Source: a virus (taxonomy: Duplodnaviria; Caudoviricetes). Taken from it: a DNA stretch of 60,204 nucleotides. The stretch covers positions 1-60,204 of the IMG/VR virus record IMGVR_UViG_3300032218_002331. One strand, written 5' to 3'. Shown here one piece after another: positions 54,214 to 60,204 of the stretch; the first letter of the stretch is position 1; each line of letters starts with the position of its first letter. The notes below the pieces were generated by a model that was not told the DNA's origin, did not search any database, and saw only the letters and a list, made by a program, of their open reading frames with translations. Made by a program: the position numbers and the translations under genes.

Positions 54214-55386
54214 TTAAAGATATTTTTCAATCCACTCTTCGATTGTTGTATTGTTTCCTCGTAGTCTAGGAAGTATATGAACATACTCTCGACAATCTTC
54301 CCATGGTAAGTTACTTGGACGCTTGCAAAGATTAATCCCAGTTTTTATTAGTTCAATGGCATAGTTTGGACAGTTACCAGAGTCAAGATACTTAGTTAAC
54401 TTATCTATTACGCGAAGTTTAATGTCATCTGGCAGTTGATTCGGAGCTAACTCTCTAGGCGATTGGATTGGAGCAGACATTAATATTGGGTTAAGTACCC
54501 TCATGTCTTTCCATAATTGTTTAATGAGTTCAACTAGCTCCGGTAATGCAAATACATTATAGATACCAACAGTCGATTGTAGACCAATAATAGTCATATT
54601 GTCTTTAACAAGGTTAAAGTTTTTCATAAACTCATCGGGCGGTATTCCTCGCGACCAATGATTAAGATCTAACGGACCGTCTATTGAAATGTTTGCTCTA
54701 ATTTTTAATTTTTCTTTATGTTTTCCTAACAGAAATACATTGGATTCTTTAATATTATGTAACCCAGTGCTAAACCCTACTAGTTTTAACTTAGGTGTGT
54801 CGAGTATAATATTAACTACTTTTTCTAAGTTTGGAGAGATCAAAGGCTCGCCACCATAGATGTGTAACACTTCTAAAGTAGACTTGTGGTTTTCTAAAAA
54901 GTCTAATGCGTTAGATTGATGTACTGGTTTTTTAATAAAATTGTTATGTTTATGATTAGGATGTTTTTCAAAAAACTCTATGGTGTTTTTATTTAAGAAG
55001 TTTGCAATAGTACTACTATAAACAGGACCACACATTACGCAACTGCTTGCACACACATTATCTAATGCAATAACTATTTTTCTTAGTGATGCATCAGTTG
55101 GAGTTTGCCAATCAAACTTTTCCTTCCATATTGATCTATTCAAACTTTTATATGAAAATGTATTGTCCGGAACTTTACAGGCCATACACGACTCTGGGAG
55201 TTCGTCGCTGTCTTCAAAGTGTTTTTTCCTCCATTCATTTGTTGTTTCTGAATAAAAATCATCAATAGTTGATTCTGGAGTATATGGGCCAGTATCGGTT
55301 ATTTTACAACAAGGCCTTAACTCCCCATCAGTCTCTACTTCGATTGCATAATAAGGTACCCAACATAATGGTTCTTTATTAGTCAT
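54214..55386 (-). CDS. Radical SAM protein, tandem paralog of 53035..54210
   Basis: Same motifs; long identical stretches. Confidence 0.88.
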   Translation of the reverse strand: MTNKEPLCWVPYYAIEVETDGELRPCCKITDTGPYTPESTIDDFYSETTNEWRKKHFEDSDELPESCMACKVPDNTFSYKSLNRSIWKEKFDWQTPTDASLRKIVIALDNVCASSCVMCGPVYSSTIANFLNKNTIEFFEKHPNHKHNNFIKKPVHQSNALDFLENHKSTLEVLHIYGGEPLISPNLEKVVNIILDTPKLKLVGFSTGLHNIKESNVFLLGKHKEKLKIRANISIDGPLDLNHWSRGIPPDEFMKNFNLVKDNMTIIGLQSTVGIYNVFALPELVELIKQLWKDMRVLNPILMSAPIQSPRELAPNQLPDDIKLRVIDKLTKYLDSGNCPNYAIELIKTGINLCKRPSNLPWEDCREYVHILPRLRGNNTTIEEWIEKYL

Positions 55387-56099
55387 TGTATTACCTTTGT
55401 AAAAATACTAATACCTAGTTTTGATTTTATTCCTTGCGTTAAGAAGTTACTAGCACAATGCAATCTTACACAATCAAATATAATAGCATTTCCAGGTCGC
55501 CATTCTTGAGCGGAGTTAAAACTAAGGCCCTTCAACCAAAATGGTTTTAAGTGTGACATATATTTTTTATAAACTTCTTCATCAAAAGGTGCGTTACTTT
55601 TATTTTGCACTTGACTGTACTCATAAACTTGCGCATTGTAATATGTAGGAATATCAATAGTTGAACCGCCAAAGAACTTACTAGGGCCTTCTAAGTAATA
55701 TTGATCAAACATGCACAAAGAAGGATAACCCGTGAACTCTTTTGTATATGTTAACTCCAACGGAATAGTAATAGCTTTGTAGACAACAGGTCCTAACTTA
55801 TCGTCATCGTTGTGTATTATGTGCGGATAGTTTACATAAAAGTAAAATGATGTGTAAATTTCGCACCCGCCTATTTCTTGTTTAATCTTTTCAAACAGTC
55901 GAACTAACACTGGGATGTTTTTGAAATCCGATAAGTCGCTAGTAATAGGACCAGTGTTCTTTTGTATTTTATTATCTCGGTTGTTCCAAATAGAAATCAG
56001 CTCTGCAATATCTTCTTGTGTAAGAATATTTTCAACAGTGTAAGGCTGACTCAAGTTAGCAACTATTGTATCTCTTTGTTCTTGGGTACGATTAATCAT
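55383..56099 (-). CDS. Hypothetical 2OG-oxygenase-like protein
   Basis: IHND...PGNAIIFDCVRLHC..K.GISIF. Confidence 0.6.
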   Translation of the reverse strand: MINRTQEQRDTIVANLSQPYTVENILTQEDIAELISIWNNRDNKIQKNTGPITSDLSDFKNIPVLVRLFEKIKQEIGGCEIYTSFYFYVNYPHIIHNDDDKLGPVVYKAITIPLELTYTKEFTGYPSLCMFDQYYLEGPSKFFGGSTIDIPTYYNAQVYEYSQVQNKSNAPFDEEVYKKYMSHLKPFWLKGLSFNSAQEWRPGNAIIFDCVRLHCASNFLTQGIKSKLGISIFTKVIQ

Positions 56100-56133
56100 A
56101 GTACACTATTTATCGGCCAAAAATCAAGTCAAA

Positions 56134-56159
56134 AAAATAGGACCCGAAGGTCCTATTTT
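56134..56159 (-). terminator. Intrinsic terminator with CUUCGG loop
   Basis: AAAATAGGAC-CTTCGG-GTCCTATTTT on the minus strand, followed by a T run. Confidence 0.85.
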
Positions 56160-56760
56160 ACATTGTAGGTCCGTTGCCGTTCTTAAACCCAACTGACCCA
56201 CCTTCTGCTTCAATACGTGCAATAACGTCTTCAAATAAGATAGGCGCAAAATCAGTTTGTTCAACGCAAACACAATGGTAACGTACATCGTTTTCATCGC
56301 TGTACAGTATCTCTCCTGTACGTGCATCAACCCCACGAGCTTTCTTAACGCGATTAGCGTGTAAGTGTCCATGAATGTTAGTACCAAAACGACCCATTGA
56401 ATCACTGTGTAACGGAATATGACTTAAGATCATACCGTTCATAACGTGATAAGCTCTAAGCTCTCTAAAGTACATACGATACTCGTCGTCCCTAAAGATA
56501 TCGTGGTTACCACGGATTAAGACCTTGTCACCGTTTAACCTACGCATAATGCTTAAGGCCTTGCGGTTAATAACAACGTCACCTAAATGGTAAACTTTGT
56601 CAGTGGGTTTGACACGTTCGTTCCACGCCTTGACCATAGCTTCGTCCATTTCCTCAGGACTGTCCCAGGGCCTTAACTTAGTAACGCCATCATTACGTGT
56701 GAAACGACATACACCCATGTGTCCAAAATGCGTGTCGCTAACTAAAAATACACTTGGCAT
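56158..56760 (-). CDS. Calcineurin-like phosphoesterase
   Basis: SDTHFGH, HLGD, GNHD, SHIP, IHGHLH. Confidence 0.92.
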   Translation of the reverse strand: MPSVFLVSDTHFGHMGVCRFTRNDGVTKLRPWDSPEEMDEAMVKAWNERVKPTDKVYHLGDVVINRKALSIMRRLNGDKVLIRGNHDIFRDDEYRMYFRELRAYHVMNGMILSHIPLHSDSMGRFGTNIHGHLHANRVKKARGVDARTGEILYSDENDVRYHCVCVEQTDFAPILFEDVIARIEAEGGSVGFKNGNGPTM

Positions 56761-56785
56761 ATTCGCCTCCTTTCTTTAATATAGT

Positions 56786-56814
56786 ATTATAGCACCAAAA
56801 GGAGAACTTGTCAA
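56786..56814 (-). promoter_or_regulatory. sigma70-type early promoter
   Basis: TTGACA-17nt-TATAAT (perfect consensus). Confidence 0.85.
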
Positions 56815-57275
56815 ACGTACCAAATCTCCTTAAAGCCTTCTTCTTCTGTTGGGGTTTCAAAGTTATCAATCATTCCTTGCACAACTTCCCAGGGAATCTC
56901 CTTACCAGGACGACTGGCTAGTCGTTCCTTAAGAACATCTAACGCTGGAGTACGGAACACTACCGCAATATGTTCATAGTCAGGCAACATGTTGAACTTG
57001 CGAGTACGGCTCTTAACTGTAGTGCTGGTTTGATCCCATATAATGTCGTTACCCATAGAACGCACCGAAACAACATTCTGAGCCATTAATTCAACTGCTT
57101 TGGGCATGTAGTCTGCAAAGATTTCCGAGTAAGTTTTACCTTGTCGTTTAGCTTCTTCTTCTACCCAATAATCAGTTGATATAATCGAACAGTCCTTTTT
57201 CCACTCTTGGTCGGAAATCCAGGTACTTTTACCTGCACAAGGAACTCCAATAAGTTGATAACATTTTGGCATCAA
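56811..57275 (-). CDS. P-loop kinase (AAA_33 / polynucleotide-kinase-like)
   Basis: GVPCAGKST, STD, WDQT. Confidence 0.85.
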   Translation of the reverse strand: MMPKCYQLIGVPCAGKSTWISDQEWKKDCSIISTDYWVEEEAKRQGKTYSEIFADYMPKAVELMAQNVVSVRSMGNDIIWDQTSTTVKSRTRKFNMLPDYEHIAVVFRTPALDVLKERLASRPGKEIPWEVVQGMIDNFETPTEEEGFKEIWYV

Positions 57276-57739
57276 TCTACACTCCTAAAAGTTCGCCAAT
57301 CATCAATGTTAGGCTTTTCGTTTTCGTCATACGTCCAACCCAACGCTTTCATCATAAGATGCTTAACTAGCAAGTTAGGGCTACGGAAACGTTCTGTATC
57401 ATCAAAGCCCATCATGACTCCAACTTCACAAACTGCACCCGAACGGCAAATGCCGGCATAGCAATGAACGACAACATTCATACGGTTGTCTAATGCGTGT
57501 TGTAGCAGTTGAACAAGCTCTGCGGCCTGCTCATGACTACACTTCATTTCTTCCTCAAGAACGTCGTCCTTTTCTTCCACATCTAAAAACTCAAAGTTGT
57601 GACGCTCTTTGAATTGGTGCTTTGCCTCCGGCTTCCAACCAGCAGGGTCTGTAATGCTAATCAGCATACTATTTGGGCCGGCATCGTGATGGAACCCGAT
57701 TGGAATATCACTTGCGGCTACGTTTTCAATCCATGGCAT
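57272..57739 (-). CDS. Cys-dependent (dual-specificity/PTP-like) phosphatase
   Basis: VHCYAGICRS (HCxxGxxR). Confidence 0.88.
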   Translation of the reverse strand: MPWIENVAASDIPIGFHHDAGPNSMLISITDPAGWKPEAKHQFKERHNFEFLDVEEKDDVLEEEMKCSHEQAAELVQLLQHALDNRMNVVVHCYAGICRSGAVCEVGVMMGFDDTERFRSPNLLVKHLMMKALGWTYDENEKPNIDDWRTFRSVD

Positions 57740-57972
57740 TATGTTCTTTCCTTTTTAACACGGCCAATACGGCTCGCTTTGTTCCAATCGTAGGCAATGC
57801 CGTCTGGGCATTTACCATCTCGAACACTGTCTACACCAAATATACCTACTACTTCAATGTCAGGGCCTTTAATAGTCACAAACGTTTCTACAGTTTTGGC
57901 AAAAAGCATTGCTTCGTTTAGTGTTGGACACGAGCTTAGTGTGAGTCCGTTTTTGTTTATTATTTTGTACAT
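57739..57972 (-). CDS. Conserved hypothetical phage protein
   Basis: GIFGVDSV.DGKCPDG..YDW. Confidence 0.7.
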   Translation of the reverse strand: MYKIINKNGLTLSSCPTLNEAMLFAKTVETFVTIKGPDIEVVGIFGVDSVRDGKCPDGIAYDWNKASRIGRVKKERT

Positions 57973-57978
57973 GCCATT

Positions 57979-58033
57979 ATTATAGCATTAAGAGATAGAC
58001 CCGTCAATGGGTCTATCGTTGTATTAATACAAC
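57979..58033 (-). promoter_or_regulatory. sigma70 promoter with hairpin over the -35 and an upstream palindrome
   Basis: TTGACG-17nt-TATAAT; GATAGACCC/GGGTCTATC inverted repeat; GTTGTATTAATACAAC at 58018-58033. Confidence 0.75.
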
Positions 58034-58036
58034 AGA

Positions 58037-59038
58037 TTACACAACTTCAAACACATCAGTGTTTATGATTGGTTCTGGATTTTTCTTTTTAGATTTTTTT
58101 GGCTGGTTAGTTGCTTTTGGTTGCAACACTTTTTGGCAGTTCATTGTACTAACAACAGGGCTAAACAACAAGATTTCCTTTGCTGACTTAGCTGTCTGGC
58201 TAGTAATTTCACCATCTTCGTTTTTATTTTGTTTCCTGCGACCGGCTGTATAAGTTACATCATAATAGCTTAATGACAACTGTCCTTGATTATCAGTATA
58301 AAAACTATCGCCTGCATCTCTATTACAATAGAATACAATATTGCCTTTTAGGTCTTCTTGCTTACAAAAATCCATAAGGGCAATGTGTGCTTGATCATTA
58401 AAACTTTGACCGTATTGTGTAAAGCTATCCCTGTAGGGAGGATCCATAAAATAAAATGCTGTGCCTTCTACCGCACTCGCACAAGCGGACCAATCACCGC
58501 AAAAAATATCTACTTTTTGTAAAAATACATTCCATTCTAAAACATTGTCTTTATCATAGACCTTTGTAGTTTGATTTAACAAACCACTAGGAGTAGCAAA
58601 GCGACCATTGCTAGTTTGATTAACTTGCCAGATTCCGTTAAATCCAGTCTTCATCAAAAAGTACAAAGTAGCACTTTCGTCTGTAGCGTTCCATTGAGTC
58701 CATTTTGTAGTATATTCTTTACGTAGATCATAGTAGAACTTCTTTCGATCTACTTTAGACAACGGCAAGTATTGTGCAGACAATACATCCATTCTTGCAA
58801 TAAATTTTGCAACATCATTTTTAATAGCGGTATAAAGTCCTACTATCTCTGCATTGATATCGTTCATAATGAACTTTTTAACATTGGGATTGTTTTGATA
58901 GATATGAATCATCATGGCACCACCACCAAAGAACGGTTCAACAAAAGTATCATATCCTGAATACGGAATACCTGGATTTGATTGATACTTAGGTATCATC
59001 TTGTTTTTGCCGCCTGCCCAAATGTATAATGGTTTCAT
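58037..59038 (-). CDS. DNA adenine methyltransferase (Dam/D12 class)
   Basis: WAGGK, EPFFGGG, NDIN, DPPY. Confidence 0.92.
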   Translation of the reverse strand: MKPLYIWAGGKNKMIPKYQSNPGIPYSGYDTFVEPFFGGGAMMIHIYQNNPNVKKFIMNDINAEIVGLYTAIKNDVAKFIARMDVLSAQYLPLSKVDRKKFYYDLRKEYTTKWTQWNATDESATLYFLMKTGFNGIWQVNQTSNGRFATPSGLLNQTTKVYDKDNVLEWNVFLQKVDIFCGDWSACASAVEGTAFYFMDPPYRDSFTQYGQSFNDQAHIALMDFCKQEDLKGNIVFYCNRDAGDSFYTDNQGQLSLSYYDVTYTAGRRKQNKNEDGEITSQTAKSAKEILLFSPVVSTMNCQKVLQPKATNQPKKSKKKNPEPIINTDVFEVV

Positions 59039-59048
59039 ATTTTTTCCC

Positions 59049-59927
59049 TTAGATTCTAATGTTAACATATCCGTCAGTTATTGCCTGTGTATCGCCGCCT
59101 CGTTCGCTTTTCCATTCAAACTTAATATTTTTAAATATCTCTAAGTTATTTACGTCTGCAATGTTACCTATCATCATTTTATCTTGGTCAATGATTACTA
59201 GGCTATTCCATTTATCAACTTCCTTATACCAGTTAAGGACTTCTAATCCAATAATTTTATTAAATGCATTTCCTGTTTCGGCAGTGGCTAGCTGTTTGCA
59301 CATATTTTCAATATTTTTTCCTGGATACAGTTTGCTAAAGTATTCTTTATAAACTGCCTCGGCGCTAGGCTGAGATAAAATCCATTTGCGATGCTCTTCA
59401 AACTTAGTCACTGGACCTGCTCTATTGCCTTTAAATATTGTAGCATTCAACTCGTCTTGCACCCGAATGGCTTCGGCTAATGGTTTAAGACTTGCTCCGT
59501 TATTTTTAAGTTCTCGAATGCCGCCTGCAACCTTCCCGTCACCTTTACCATCTGTGCGTTCAAAAGTCCAACCATTAATAACCAAAGCAAGATACAGCTC
59601 ACCAACACCTAACCCTTTGCCTTTAAACTCAACTAGAGTAGGCATTAGTCGTTTCCATGTTTTGTTTGTTTTAAGTTCTTGCGGGTATATTTCATCAAAG
59701 GACAAGTAAAAGTTTTGGTTAAACATTTCACCGCCTACTAGGTGATTGTCATTTTCTAAAATGTTTAACATTTCCATTCCATCGCCTTCATAACAATGCG
59801 ACAACCAGGCATGCGCTAGAAAGTGTTTACAGAAAGCACGTAGCCCAATATTTTTATTTTGAGCCATATTTCGTTTGGTTAACAACGATGTAACTTTCTT
59901 TTCAAAGTCGACAAGAGTGGTACTCAT
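59049..59927 (-). CDS. Putative PD-(D/E)xK endonuclease
   Basis: GVGE...KGDG...RELK; co-transcribed with the methylase. Confidence 0.45.
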   Translation of the reverse strand: MSTTLVDFEKKVTSLLTKRNMAQNKNIGLRAFCKHFLAHAWLSHCYEGDGMEMLNILENDNHLVGGEMFNQNFYLSFDEIYPQELKTNKTWKRLMPTLVEFKGKGLGVGELYLALVINGWTFERTDGKGDGKVAGGIRELKNNGASLKPLAEAIRVQDELNATIFKGNRAGPVTKFEEHRKWILSQPSAEAVYKEYFSKLYPGKNIENMCKQLATAETGNAFNKIIGLEVLNWYKEVDKWNSLVIIDQDKMMIGNIADVNNLEIFKNIKFEWKSERGGDTQAITDGYVNIRI

Positions 59928-59950
59928 AGAACATCCTTAATAATGCTTAT

Positions 59951-60017
59951 AGTATAGCATCAAGAGAAAACCCTGTCAACCGAAGCTGACAGGGTTTGGG
60001 TGTTGTATTTCTACAAC
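59951..60017 (-). promoter_or_regulatory. sigma70 promoter overlapping a UUCG terminator hairpin, plus palindrome
   Basis: TTGACA-17nt-TATACT; AAACCCTGTCAG-CTTCGG-TTGACAGGGTTTT; GTTGTATTTCTACAAC at 60002-60017. Confidence 0.75.
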
Positions 60018-60020
60018 GGA

Positions 60021-60204
60021 TTAAAGAGCGTAACGATCACTCATTACAGTCTTCAACATGATGCCTTCTGGAGTGAACTGGTCCAAATCAGCGGCTAGCA
60101 AGCTAGTCATGATTGATGGACTAAATCCACTTACCAATGCGGCACCACTCTTGTCTGCCTTAACAGGTACGTTGTCTGAACTGTTTAGGTTCCAGAAAAC
60201 AATC
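60021..60204 (-). CDS. C-terminus of DUF2828/TROVE-related vWA protein (partial)
   Basis: IVFWNLNSSDNVPVKADKSGAALVSGFSPSIM...RYAL*. Confidence 0.7.
   Translation of the reverse strand, partial: IVFWNLNSSDNVPVKADKSGAALVSGFSPSIMTSLLAADLDQFTPEGIMLKTVMSDRYAL

Noticed and set aside
53035-55386. Diversity-generating retroelement (template/variable repeat pair)
   Set aside because: Similarity spans whole paralogous genes, differences do not appear adenine-specific, and no reverse transcriptase is present in the window
1-60204. Alternative genetic code (stop-codon recoding) or cellular origin
   Set aside because: Recognisable genes are full length under code 11. Dense coupled small ORFs, tail genes and T4-like late motifs indicate a phage despite host-like genes (clpP, infA, erpA)

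Overview
This 60 kb window is a fragment of a large T4-like (myovirus-type) bacteriophage genome, almost entirely coded on the minus strand with standard genetic code. It has near-consensus sigma70 early promoters and (T/G/C)ATAAATA late-promoter motifs. From left to right: (i) tail/baseplate genes, including a 3908-aa virion protein; (ii) host-like auxiliary genes (ErpA/IscA, Fe/Mn SOD, UvsE, QueD, Bax-inhibitor-1, ClpP, IF-1), a DNA ligase and many small early hypotheticals; (iii) a mixed-strand enzyme island at about 38-56 kb with three tandem acyl desaturases, many 2OG-Fe(II)/cupin oxygenase-like proteins, a PLP-fold enzyme, GNAT-like proteins, a truncated adenylating enzyme, a nitroreductase fusion, two duplicated radical-SAM genes and two atypical tRNA-like genes; (iv) phosphatase/kinase genes and a putative endonuclease plus Dam-like methylase cassette. 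Most notable: the giant virion protein carries eight tandem repeats resembling the phycobiliprotein (globin-fold) bilin-binding C-x-R-D motif, and the same module is fused to a nitroreductase 40 kb away. There is also a preQ1-I-like pseudoknot in the queD leader and a tRNA-shaped RNA whose anticodon loop is replaced by a UUCG hairpin. All family calls come from motif recognition by eye; no searches were run.
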